64,000 nt of DNA from Octopus sinensis. Its lineage: Eukaryota. The notes beneath the pieces are model-generated. The model was given only the letters and a program-made list of their open reading frames with translations. It searched no databases and had not been told where the DNA came from. Shown here in pieces: positions 25,640 to 38,033 of the stretch; positions within the stretch are counted from its first letter, which is position 1, and every line of letters begins with the position of its first letter. A program made the position numbers and the translations under genes. The stretch is taken from NCBI RefSeq assembly GCF_006345805.1, contig NC_043009.1:29698001-29762000 (forward strand), written 5' to 3'.

Positions 25640-26310
25640 ACTAGATGTTAAAACTTGTTTTAAAGCATCAAAGAAAGTAAACATCATACTCAGTAACAAA
25701 ACAAGCAAAGAAATATTTAAATGAATTCCAAATACAATTCCTAGCATTAAACGTACAGAAAATGTTAATCGTATGAATACCCGTGCTAAAGCTACTGCCT
25801 TAGATATTTTTGCTGATAAATGGCAAGAAAAACCTCTCAATTGCAACGAAATTGCAGTGAATAGTAGTTGTGAGACTTGGTTATGTTTACAGGAAGGAAA
25901 ACTGAAAAGGGAGACAGTTTGCTAGTAGCGGCAAAAGATCAAGCGTTAAGGACCAATTGGATAAAAGCCAAGATAGACAAAGACCAAGTAGATTCCCAAA
26001 GCCGGTTATGCAAATCAAAAGAGGAAATAGTTACTCATATAGTAAGTGACTGTAGCATGCTGGCAAAAAATATATGTAAAGACATGATAACCTACGGAGA
26101 GTAATCCACTCGGAGTTATGAAGAAAGCTAGGATTTGACCCTACTGATAAATTGTTAGAACATGAACCTAGTAAAGCACTAGACAGTAAGAAATACAAGA
26201 TGTTTTGTGACTAACATTCAGATTGACTGGGTAATAGAAGCTAGAAGGCCTCACTTGGTTGTAGATAAAGAGAATAGAAAATGCCAGATACAGAATGCCA
26301 GATACAGAAT
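25640..26310 (+). mobile_element. R4/Dong-clade fragment, copy 2 (same subfamily as copy 1)
   Basis: KWQEKPL...DQALRTNWIKAKIDKDQVDSQSRLCKSKEEIVTHIVSDCSMLA; long DNA identity to 24890-25210. Confidence 0.88.
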
Positions 26311-26324
26311 GCCACGATGCAAAC

Positions 26325-26940
26325 GAGGGACCTGAAGATAGAAATAGCAGAACTTGTTTGCACGACACAAGCAGCGCAGAATTGATATAACACGAGTAAG
26401 AGTGACAAATAGAGAATGTGGGGTGAAAGGTGTGAAACCGTGTGGCATATTGTTAGTGAATGCCCGATATTGTACAAAGGGAATACAATTGACATGACAA
26501 CGTGGCAAGAATGATCCATTGGGAGTGTTGTGGAAATTATGGCATAGAAAGATCAAAGATGTGGTATGACTAAATCCCCGAAGAAGTTACTGACAATGAG
26601 AATTACAAAATCCTCTGGAATGCAATGAATCAATGTAGCCATGAGATTAAACATCAGAAATATGACAGTGTTGTGGTGAACAGAAAAGTAAAACACGCTT
26701 GTTAATTAATGTAGCATGCTCTGATAAGAACAGGATCGAAAAGAATGAAGAGTAAAAAGTGAACAACTATGATAAATTGAAGTGGGATATACGCAGCATG
26801 TGGGCAAGCAAAGAAGGAAGTATCGGCACTCAACTACCAACGTGGGTCAAAAAGATTGGTACAAATCTGAAGATAGAACACCTACAAAATCAGTATTGAT
26901 AGGAACTACAAGAGTTCACAGCAGGGTTCTTGAGTCATGA
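26325..26940 (+). mobile_element. R4/Dong-clade fragment, copy 3 (different subfamily)
   Basis: CETVWHIVSECP...HDNVARMIHWECCGNYGIERSKMWYD...ENYKILWN...YDKLKWDI...IEHLQ.SVLIGTTRVHSRVLES*. Confidence 0.85.
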
Positions 26941-27243
26941 TCAGTAGAAAAGTGTCTGCTTAGTTTCTATTTAGGTGTGTATATGTATGTACATATGTAT
27001 GTGTGTATACGTGTATACACTTATACTAATGTGAATTCAGAGGCTTATACTATCCTGGCAGATACCGTGGTAGCTCTCAACTATGTTCCAGATTACGGCT
27101 AAACGCGTTGATTAGTATTTAACGTTTATGACTAAGAGAAGTTGTCACTCAGGCTGTGAATTCCTTTGATGGATAATTCTGTAGTCGCTTCACCCCATGA
27201 TAAAATTAAAATGTCATACAGAATATAATTATGGTTACAACGA

Positions 27244-27277
<34 letters not shown>

Positions 27278-27280
<3 letters not shown>

Positions 27281-27605
27281 CTCTTTTACTCTTTTACTTG
27301 TTTCAGTCATTTGACTGCGGCCATGCTGGAGCACCGCCTTTAGTCGAGCAAATCGACCCCGGGACTTATTCTTTGTAAGCCCAGTACTTATTCTATCAGT
27401 CTCTTTTGCCGAACCGCTAAGTGACGGGGACGTAAACACACCAGCATCGGTTGTCAAGCAATGCTAGGGGGACAAACACAGACACAAACACACACACACA
27501 TACATACATATATATATATACATATATAAGACAGGCTTCTTTCAGTTTCCGTCTACCAAATCCACTCATAGGCATTGGTCGGGCCCTATATAAATTGGCA
27601 TTGGT
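27278..27605 (-). mobile_element. SINE, family C
   Basis: Reverse complement of the family C core and tail (tttactcttttacttgtttcagtcatttgactgcggccatgctggagcaccgcc...). Confidence 0.9.
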
Positions 27606-27616
27606 TGCGCCTATAT

Positions 27617-27722
<106 letters not shown>

Positions 27723-27788
27723 TATATATATATATATAATTTTTTTCGTATATAATTTCTTTTCGTAATGAGATAAAAAACCGAAGAT

Positions 27789-28010
27789 TGTGTAGATTTT
27801 AGAACATTTATAGGTGGAAGTCCTTACAGCAGTTTGGAGATATTAATTATATCCCTTCATCGGAGACGGTGTCAGAGGATGGTTAAGTATCTTATCTAAA
27901 GTAACTATTACTTAACCATCCTCTCACGCCGTCTCCGATCAAAGGATATAATACATATCCTGGAAACACCTGTAAAATATTTTATCTATAAATGTTCTAA
28001 AATCTACACA
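27789..28010. mobile_element. Foldback/MITE-like palindromic element
   Basis: 27789-27813 pairs 25/25 with 27986-28010; 27848-27889 pairs 38/42 with 27909-27950; 19-nt loop. Confidence 0.8.
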
Positions 28011-28306
28011 GAGAAACTAATTAGTACATAGGTAATCGTATATTTCGTATATTTTCACTTGACTTGCTTATCTTTACACTTTGGCGTTTTGCTGAATTTT
28101 TTTCACGAAGAACACATTCTTCGTGGAAAATGGCGGTTTTGATGTCTATATCTAGCATATAGGCTGTCCCCTTTCGGTGGTCAGTCCTCTAAATTTTGTA
28201 TGTAAAAAAAGTTTTAATCTTCGGCTATTTTTAAAATATGCTGAGCCACTGGTTTTAGTTAATTCATTAATATCAATGTCTACCCTTATTAAATTTTATA
28301 TATATA

Positions 28307-29325
28307 CTAGCATTAAAGACCCGTCGTTTCCGGGTCATAGTGCTAGTGCAAGTATATATGTGTATAATTATGTGTACATATTACATGTACATCTATATAT
28401 ATACATCTACACATAAAATACAAAATACAAAATTATATCTTGATATCGCTAATGATAACAATACTCAAAATATATAACAAACTGGAATTGTTAGCCCGTC
28501 TCTTGTAATTTCGATCAATTGTATCTTGTATTCCCTCTTGTATAGAAGTGTGGCTATAATCCAGTCTACCTCAACTTCAGGGAAGGGGTGATTTTTAATT
28601 TTTTTCCGGTACGTCCTACATCCCAGATATAAAGGTAAAAATAAAATATTTCCACCTTGCAAGTTCGAGTCGAGTACTCCCTTGCACGCTCCGTTGACTC
28701 GAACCTTGCTTCTATTGTGGCGAATTTACCGCCTCTGATTAGATATCTTTCATAGTCGCACCAAGACATTTTTCGAAGGTGCTTTCCTCCATGTGTTCAA
28801 ATCTTTTTTCTCTACATTGTATACTTTATAGACAATAGTCTTTTCTTTAATTTAATTTTGTATTATCCTTCTGGACTATTCCATTTCTGCACGCTAATTT
28901 TATTTTTAATTTATTCCCATTCATGTGAAACCACTTATTCAAGTTCAAGTCATTGATGCAATTTCATACCAATTGCTATTTTTACTTTTGTTATGTTACG
29001 ATTATATTATAGTTTGATTTTAATTATTACTTACTACATATAATTCAATTGTTATTATTATTTTTATTGTTAAAGTGAAAGTATCTGACATAAAACATAG
29101 AAATGTTTTTGTTTCACTTTTAACACGTAATACTGAAATAGAGGAGAAGATATGATATTGCTGTGGGCTCGACCTAGGCAAAAAGCTAAAACAATTTTTT
29201 GCCGATGACACTACCCGGACTCTAAGTAAGGCATGTGTAAAATTTGAATGAAATTGGTTGTGTAGTTCTAAAGTTTTAGGGAAACACAGACAGACAGACA
29301 CACTTTCTCAGTTTTATATATATAA

Positions 29326-29328
<3 letters not shown>
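28307..29328 (-). mobile_element. Non-autonomous Helitron with canonical termini
   Basis: In element orientation: 5' TC (29328-29327), (CTGT)n near the 5' end, 3' hairpin GACCCG-loop-CGGGTC (28318-28336) followed by CTAG (28307-28310), inserted between A and T, no TSD. Confidence 0.82.
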
Positions 29329-29371
<43 letters not shown>

Positions 29372-29596
29372 CAAAGAACTTCCAACTCTGTGTTTTATGT
29401 TTTAATTATATTCTTTATAATATTAATTTAGAATATAGAATATATAGTATAAATAATATATATATAGTATAATGAAATGAAGTATTGATTTTTTTTTTTG
29501 AATAGATGAAATGTTGAATATAAAATATTAGGAGACTAGTATTCTTTCAAGCGTTATAGCAGTCTTCAAGGACCCAGGTTGTGACAGGAGTGTTTC

Positions 29597-29647
<51 letters not shown>

Positions 29648-30859
29648 AATATGTATACATATATATATATATACATAAATATGTATACATATATATGTAT
29701 GTGTGTGTATACATATATATATTTTATGTGTGTACGTATGTTTGTATGTATGTACATTCGAGTGTGTCTGTTAGACCTTTTTTGTCCGAACTATAAATGA
29801 TTGTCCGGGTAACTGATCTAGTCATAAACAAAGGAAACCAATCGGAACATAGCTGTAAAAATTATATACATTTATAGATATTTTATTTAAAGCTCTCTTT
29901 TATGTTCGATTCTCATTCGTGCTCGTATTCTCTTGACAGACACAGACATGATAACAGAAATATAATCGATTACTTCTAAATGGTATGTACTCGGAACGAA
30001 CGCAAAGATCGATGGAGGACCATTGATTTGGCTATGTTTTAAATCCGTCGGCTTCTCAGTCATTTGTATGCGTTAAATTCATTGCAACAATGTTTTAATG
30101 GATTGAATGAGATCAAATTAATGAAGTCATTGGCATATGGTATCAAAAGATAAAGTAAAAATGAAAACAAAAAGGAAAACAGACGTGATTGACGAATCAG
30201 CGTCGGCGACACCTCTTTGATGTTACATTTGCATAAGTTCTTCAATAATTCCAATTCAGTTTTGATATTTGTATTGAAAAAATGGTACAACTTTGAGTGT
30301 TTTCATGACTTAACGCAGCGGTCTTGGTGATTTATTATATTAGCAAGAGCACTCAGGGCTTGGTTATGTCACTAGGTATCATTTACAAGGGATGGCTTGC
30401 TTGTGACGAGATCATTCTTCAACGAAGTATTTTGAATGCAACGATGGCAATTGGCAGTGTCACCCCAACATCATTGATAAATACTAACCTGAAAAGGGAA
30501 CACAACCTACACCGCTCTCTAAACACCTTACAAATTGTGGTACAATCTCCCAGCCCCACCTCGTATATTGACTGCCTCACACTTCAACCTGCGTGGCACA
30601 CTTCATCATGGTAACAATGAATATGTTTGGTCGCAATAACATGTCTGCTTTTATTATTCTCCCAAGGTATTGGTTCCCTTTGTCCGGCGTAAACCATGCT
30701 CGTGTGCACACGTATCTCATATTCCGTCTCGAGAATGGTTTCTCCTGTGGCATTATCGTTTCTCATATTTCAGGTCATTCCTGTGCAAACACTATTTTCT
30801 GGGCACATTATTGAGCTCAGCAATATCGCGTACCCTTTGTGGCCACTGGGTGTTTGCTG

Positions 30860-31110
30860 GAATATTCTGGGCTGTGTGTTGTGTTCTTGAGCAAGAAACA
30901 TACATTTATTTCACGTTGCTCCAGCGTAGAACTGAGCTGCAGCATCACTGGTTCTAAGCTGTATCGGTTTTTGCGTTTCTCTTGACGGAGAGAAGGAAGG
31001 TTGGTGTGCATGGCCGACTGCTGGTCTTCCACAAAACAACCTTGCTCAGGTTGGAGGGTAACTTTCTAGGGGCAATCCCATGGCCATTCATGACTGAAGG
31101 GGACTTTACT
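30860..31110 (+). mobile_element. SINE, family B-related
   Basis: gttgtgttcttgagcaagaaac...tttcacgttgctccag core, followed by a distinct 3' body ending ...catgactgaaggggactttact. Confidence 0.65.
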
Positions 31111-31299
31111 TATATATTAAAAATCAACCACATTCTTAGAAACTCACAAGCTGATCTTTCCATTATTTCCGAATTTATTACTAGTACTTCACAGCATACA
31201 TACATAAACAAACGCATACAAACACGCACGCACAGTAGTATAAAATGCTTTTATCTATAGACGTATGTTCATATATATGTGCATCTGTATGTGTCAAAG

Positions 31300-31748
31300 A
31301 GTGTGGCCTTGCGGTTAGATCGTTCGGCTCATGATATTAAAACGTGGGTTCGATCACAGGGACGCGTGGTTCATTTTGTTCTTAAGAAAATTTCTTACGT
31401 TAATGTCGTTCCAGATTGCCTAGATACAATGAGCACGATCCAGGATGCTGCTATACCCCTTTCCGCCTTACTCACATGTAACCTGGATGTCTCATTGGGT
31501 TGCGATGTGTGTGTGTCATCACGCATGAACATGGGCTCTGACAGCCAGCCGCAATGATATATGTGCGTGTGTGTTGTGTTTCTGTTGCCAGCCTTGTCAC
31601 AACCTGTGTCACGCTGAATCTCCCCAAGAACTACGTTAAGAGTACACGTGTTTGTGGAGTGCTCACCATTTGCATGTTAATTTCACGTGCAGGCTATTGA
31701 TCGGATCAACTGGAACCCTCGTCATTGTAACCGACAGAGAGCCACGAC

Positions 31749-31750
<2 letters not shown>
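31300..31750 (+). mobile_element. tRNA-headed SINE, family B
   Basis: gtggccttgcggttag (A box), ggttcgatcac (B box), and tail tgtcacgctgaatctccc...gatcggatcaactggaaccctcgtc shared with 23835-24065. Confidence 0.75.
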
Positions 31751-31791
<41 letters not shown>

Positions 31792-31823
31792 TATATAGAG
31801 AGATACATACATACATACATACA

Positions 31824-31873
<50 letters not shown>

Positions 31874-32289
31874 ATATATATATCTTTCACATAAAAATAT
31901 CGTGTACATTAAAACACATTAGGAGGCTTCCAAATAGGAAAGCCTTGTGCTAGAAAGAGTAGTAGAAGACTCAAACCACTAATTAGGGATAAATTCTCGA
32001 AAGGAATGAACATTAAAACGTTTACCATCTAATTTAGTTCCTAGACCATGTTTTCTGACTAATTTTAGTAAAAAAATATATTTACCGAGGCCAGTCTTCA
32101 TCAGTAGGTAGCCTTTAGATTTTAAATATACACACAACTCGATCTGCATGTAAACTCGCTGCCTGCATATTCTAACTTTTCAATTCCACTGTGCAGACGC
32201 AGTTTATATATATATAATATATATATATAGACATGTGTGCGTGTATGCGCGGGTGCGTATTTCTAATCGCGTATCAAAGCAGAAATTGT

Positions 32290-32560
32290 TACATTTCGAG
32301 ATGGCAAGAAGAGAAGTTTTTGACTATCGGTTGTGAGTCAAGTTTCCAGTGACCGGCTAGTGCCGGGCAACCTACTCATCTACCGTGCTGCTTGCGCTCT
32401 TGTACATCACTTGATACACGGCAGGGAAGCCCAGAAAGGTTGTCTGATTGGTTGAGGGCTTGCCTTACTCACGTCCAACGCGTTTCGTTCAGAGAACAGG
32501 TCTGAACTGAGACGTCAACGGCGAACTGCGACGGACAGCCATGGCCGACAACAACTATCA
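32290..32560. promoter_or_regulatory. CpG-rich island, possible promoter or first exon
   Basis: Conspicuously CpG-rich against the surrounding AT-rich DNA; reverse CCAAT at 32447-32451; palindromic GCCATGG context at 32538-32546; minus-strand GTGAGT donor at 32467-32472. Confidence 0.3.
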
Positions 32561-32989
32561 CGATTATATATACATATGTATACATATATAAACATATATA
32601 TATACATACATAAACACACAGACAGACACCCGCACACATATACATATAAATGCATATGTATACACATACACGCTCACGCATGCACACACACACAAACACA
32701 CACACACATATATACATATATATGCGTGGGTATGTATCTGTGTGTGTGTGTGTTGATGAGTTTGTGTGTTCCTGTGTTGGTATGTAACTTATCTTTTTAG
32801 TATTCATGTCAGTACTTTTACGAAGTGATAGCAGAATATGTACGGATGTCTGATTACAAAATTTTGCAGCTATAGGAACGGTTGGACTGTTTATTATTTA
32901 CGTTATCAACTCCTTTACACAAGAATCAGAACGAAAATATTTGGTTGTCAATACACATTTACTCTTATATATACGATGCTGAGAAAATC

Positions 32990-33287
32990 TATTTCTATTT
33001 GCACGACACTGTCTCACTGACTGAAAACACATTCATTACTATCTACACGGCACTATTTCATTGATCGAATACATATTTATTATTATCTACACGGCACAGT
33101 CTCATTGACCGAATACACATTTATTACTATCTACACGGCACTGTCTAGTGTACTGAATACACACTTATATTTATACTTAAACCAAATTGTCTGATTGACT
33201 GAATACCTATTTCGTGCTATATACACGGTACTGTCTGATTAACTGAATACATATTTACACCTACCTACACGGCACAGTGAGACTGAC
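32990..33287. repeat. 44-bp minisatellite, about 6-7 diverged copies
   Basis: Consensus ctatctacacggcactgtctcattgactgaatacacatttatta; units start at 33039, 33083, 33127, 33171, 33217 and 33261. Confidence 0.9.
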
Positions 33288-34399
33288 AAAATAGTATTTG
33301 TAGCCATGTTGCTAAGAAGACACAACAGAAACCTGATATCAGAAAGCAATCAGTTCTATTTAAAGAGATGACCTCTGTGGAAAACAACTCTCTTCATTCA
33401 TTGAATAATAATAAACGTAATCGTTAATTAATTAATTAGTATATTAATTAATTTGTCTCCCAACAAGAAAACTAATTAATCAAATAATTATATTATTGAA
33501 TCGTTGTTGAAAATATTTTGAGGAAATATTGAACGTTCTATCAGTAAGCAGAATAATGGATTCCTTTGTGAAAGCCTGCGTTAGTCAATTGCTGCACATC
33601 TTTGGTGATAAGGATGTCCCCCGCCATTAAGAAATAGTCAAGTAATCGAATATCATGAGAAAAGCAAAGCATAACATATCCAGCACCAGGTTTCTTCTTT
33701 AGTTTTCCTTCATTTTCACACTGAATTTGGTAAAAGTGTTTAAATGTTAGCGTCATAATCGTCGCCATCTTTGCCATCAACACAATCACCACTGTCGTCG
33801 TCGTCGTCGTCGTAGACTTCCTCGTCTTCCTCCTCCTCAAAATCATTAATGTTGTCGTCATCGTCATCATCATCACTATCATCGTCGTGACGAGGCCTTC
33901 GCCATCCTCATCATTATTGTCGTCGTCGTAATTTTCAACGTCCACCTCACCATCGTCAGCATAACTTTTTCAACATCAATATAATTTATATCACGAAGAA
34001 GAAGAACAACAACAACAGCAACAGCATAAACAACGCAGAATCATGTGAGTTACAGAAAAGTATTCTTCGTTAAGCATTTCTTGCAGTCCTTTGGATTGTG
34101 AGTTAATATCCTGCCTGGATTAACTTTCACTTCCATCCGGGTTCGATAGAATAAATTGCCACTCGAGTGCTGTTCTCCATTGTATCGTCTACCCAACTCT
34201 TGTTAAAACTCCCTCCCTTCTATTTAGAGAAGAAGCAATTATTTTGCATTCCTGTTTATGCTACAATTGTCTCGTTTAATTAGATATCATCAAGCTTTCT
34301 TTGCTATCATTTCCTATGCGAATGGTGTCCGTGGGTAATTTCACTTCATCACAGGACACAGCAAATGCTAGGCATTCTTGATAAAGTTATTCGGCTTGT

Positions 34400-34665
34400 T
34401 TTTCTTTTAAAGATACGCTCGCTTTATTATTCTGAAACGTATGTTAAATCTATACAATACTGATTTGAAATTTTAGCACAGAACCAGCAATTTCGGGATG
34501 AGGCTAAATTGATTGGATCAAAACCAATGCTCATCTGGAACTTATTTCGTAAGTACCGAAAGGATGAAAAGCAAAGTCGACCTCGCCGGAATTGAACTAA
34601 GAATGTGAAGACAAACGAAATGTCGGTAACCATTTTGCCCAGAGTGCGATTGATCCTGCCAACTC
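34400..34665 (-). mobile_element. Degenerate SINE, family A
   Basis: gaaaggatgaaaagcaaagtcgacctcgccggaattgaactaagaatgt...cctgccaactcgcc. Confidence 0.75.
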
Positions 34666-34718
34666 GCCTCTACCTTTAAATAACTTATGACTTGTTCAGG
34701 TAAATCTTATATAATATT

Positions 34719-34935
34719 CTTTTCTACACTAGGCACAAGGCTCGAATCTTATCGGGAGAGCGCCAGTCAATTAGATCGACACCAGTACGCAACTGGTACT
34801 TAATTTATCAACCTCGAAAGGATGAAAGGCAAAGTCGACCTCGGCGGAATTTGAACTCAGAACGTAAATACAGACGAGATACCGCTAAGCATTTCGCCCT
34901 GCGTGCTAACGTTTCTGCCAGCTCGCCGCCATAAT
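34719..34935 (-). mobile_element. SINE, family A, with 14-bp TSD
   Basis: Full head to tail; TSD tcttatataatatt at 34705-34718 and 34936-34949. Confidence 0.92.
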
Positions 34936-35157
34936 TCTTATATAATATTAAACCGCAGAACAAAGAAGAATAAAGAACCCCTATAACAATTTTGTGAGAT
35001 ATGTTGCATAATTTTGCATCAAAGCCTCGAAATAGAAAATGAATTTGTGGATGCGCGATTAATGATCTCTGCTTCCACGAAGGAAGTATCTAAAATAGTG
35101 TCTGCAAATGCAGTAGGCGTTATATACCGACTAAACACTAAGAGGGGTGTGTATATA

Positions 35158-35196
<39 letters not shown>

Positions 35197-35704
35197 ATAA
35201 GGAGAAGAATCACAATAAAGGCACTGATGTTAGAATATTTAATTCTTTGAAACGAAAGCATCTTATAGTCTCTATCATGTCAAATCATAAAGAAGTTCCA
35301 GAATTCCATGAAAAGCTGAAAATGATTTGTTACAGTGAGTGTGTGATGCCGAAAAAGTAGGAAAGATCTAACGTTTTCAAAAAAGAAAAAAAAAACAGCA
35401 GTTATTATTTCAGCCATTTATAGATTTAGTGACAGTAGAATGTGAAAATTGTAAATTAACTGCTCCATTTGAAAGTATCTACTTTTATCATGCCAAGATT
35501 TTAGTGAGATCTTTCAGCAGATACTGGAAATTTAGACATTATTTTTCGCACTTTTACATTCGCAGCAGTACACATAAGCGTACAAGATTTTAAGAAATAG
35601 AAAGGAAAAGGAATAAGTATCGAAATCAACCAAACATGTCAAAGTGATAAATAAATAAAAAAAAATGTAACTGATAACATAATGACACAAGGAAGAAGAA
35701 CTGA

Positions 35705-35757
35705 TAATAATAATAATAATAATAGTAATAATAGTAATAATAATAATAATAATAATA

Positions 35758-35798
<41 letters not shown>

Positions 35799-35833
35799 TA
35801 ATAGTAATAATAGTAGTAATAATAATAATAATA

Positions 35834-35905
<72 letters not shown>
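35705..35905. repeat. (AAT)n microsatellite
   Basis: Visible directly. Confidence 0.95.
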
Positions 35906-35906
<1 letters not shown>

Positions 35907-36214
35907 CAACAACACCAATAAGTATACTATCTCCAAAGTGATGATAATATTGTGATTTTTAAGAAGTGAAAAACACTGGAATAAATATAAATGCATATGT
36001 GATATTCCGAAAAAATATTATGTTGATAGGCGTAGTAAAGAAATCAAGACTCAGAGAATGGATATGATATTGAGAGAAAGGTGTCTGAGAAATGCTTAAG
36101 CAACAATCAACGACAAGGCTATATGTCTCTCTAGATATGGATATGATACATACAGTGAAAAATTATGCGTTTTTTGATAACATCATATGAAACTTCATAT
36201 ATATATATATATAT

Positions 36215-36984
36215 ATATAATACATATGCAAGAAATTCTGTCTGTGGGTGTGTTTGTGGAGTTCTTAGCTAACTTCTAAATCGTTTTATCGATTATGATG
36301 AAACTTGACACGTGGGTAGAACTCCTGTCTGGAAACCTCAAGGCATACTCAGATATGTTGAAAATATCGATAATAGGGCCCCTGGAAAGGATTCTTATAT
36401 ATAGCCAAGGGAAATAACCAATTCATTTTCCTAAATTATTTGGTAAAAGTGAAATTGAGTATGCTTATGTTTTAGTATTTGAACTGTTAGAGTTATTTCG
36501 GTTAGTGACTTATTCACGAATATACTAACACTAGCACGCATGAGGGTAATATTCTCTGGGGACGCACAAAAGCCCTTTATTTACTTTGAATTGTTATTAT
36601 CTCATATCTGATTAGCCTGTTATTACGTAACGTGCTTCACGATTTTAGTATACGTACCTTATTAGTTTCTCTTCGTGTGTTCTATATTCTCTGGGAACGA
36701 ATTAAAGCCCTTTTCGGAGCTACTTTATTTGAATTCTTACAATTGGGTAACTAATGTCTTGTTATTACATAACTGACTACAAAATTTGGGTATTTACAAC
36801 TTATGGAGAATTCCTAAAAACAAGATCCTGGGTAAGACAGTTCGGTATTCTCTGTAAATGCACCAAACCCGTTTTAAGGGCTACATACTTTGTATTGTTG
36901 TAATCGGATTAGCGAAACAACTATGAGAACGGAACCAACGGATAAGAACCACTTTCCCGGGAATTACCGGGTACGTAAGGTAGT
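36215..36984 (+). mobile_element. Degenerate Helitron-like non-autonomous element
   Basis: 5' region tctgtctgtgggtgtgtttgt...gattatgatgaaacttgacac resembles the 5' end of the 28307-29328 element; 3' hairpin cccgg-gaatta-ccggg (36956-36971) followed by GTAG-T. Confidence 0.55.
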
Positions 36985-37729
36985 ATATATATATATACTT
37001 ATGTATGTGTGTTTATATATGTATGTATATACATATGTATGCATCTATGTAAGAAACAGAGAGAACAACTAACTGAGAGCTGCCATTGATGTATGATACG
37101 GAATCAACTTTGACAACGGTTCTTTTATGTCGGAATTAAAATCAATGCGAATAGCGACGATTGTATCTCTTCTGGATCACAGAACTCTACTCCCCTGAGT
37201 GTATCAATAAAAATTTATACTTACTGTTAACTGTATCATGCGGAAGGAAAGTGTTACACTATAAAGATAGTAAAGAAAAGGCATTAATTGGAATATAGAT
37301 AACAACAGTAGCCAGCGTTGCCAGATTTGATTACAATAATCAGACTTGACTGTTTCACTGTTACATACTAATTGTAGGGAAATTTGGGCGAGTATTTCGG
37401 TCTACTTTTGATCCCACACTAGGTGGTAGTTTAGAATCTATTTACAATTTACTATATTTAAGTTTAGTGACTCATATAGAACATATATATACTAAAGAAT
37501 TGCGGAAGCTCGTGAACGATTATTAGAATGCGTAACCAAATATCTTATAATGAAATTTTACTGTTATCAAAAAGAGTATATTTGTGACTGTGTTCATGAC
37601 TGAAGAGGAATATCATGAGGAAAGGTGGGTTATTTAGACTAGAGTTGTCCGAGATGAAAGATGAACTTGTGCCAAACAGCAGCTACAATAAAGCTACAAG
37701 CGTAAAGACATTGTACGATGTCGTTGCTA

Positions 37730-37746
37730 TTCTTCTTCTTCTTCTT

Positions 37747-37777
<31 letters not shown>

Positions 37778-37792
37778 TTATTATTATTATTA

Positions 37793-37830
<38 letters not shown>

Positions 37831-37855
37831 TATTATTATTATTATTATTATTATT

Positions 37856-37923
<68 letters not shown>

Positions 37924-37937
37924 CATCATCATCATCA

Positions 37938-38032
<95 letters not shown>
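37730..38032. repeat. Compound (CTT)n-(TAT)n-(CAT)n microsatellite
   Basis: Visible directly. Confidence 0.95.

Positions 38033-38033
<1 letters not shown>

Noticed and set aside
32990-33287. CRISPR-like repeat array
   Set aside because: The units are contiguous and similar along their whole length with no unique spacers; no cas genes; eukaryotic context.
33541-33945. 134-aa minus-strand ORF with an acidic N-terminus
   Set aside because: The first half is (GAT/GAC)n microsatellite; the remainder has no recognisable homology and the opposite strand reads equally well.
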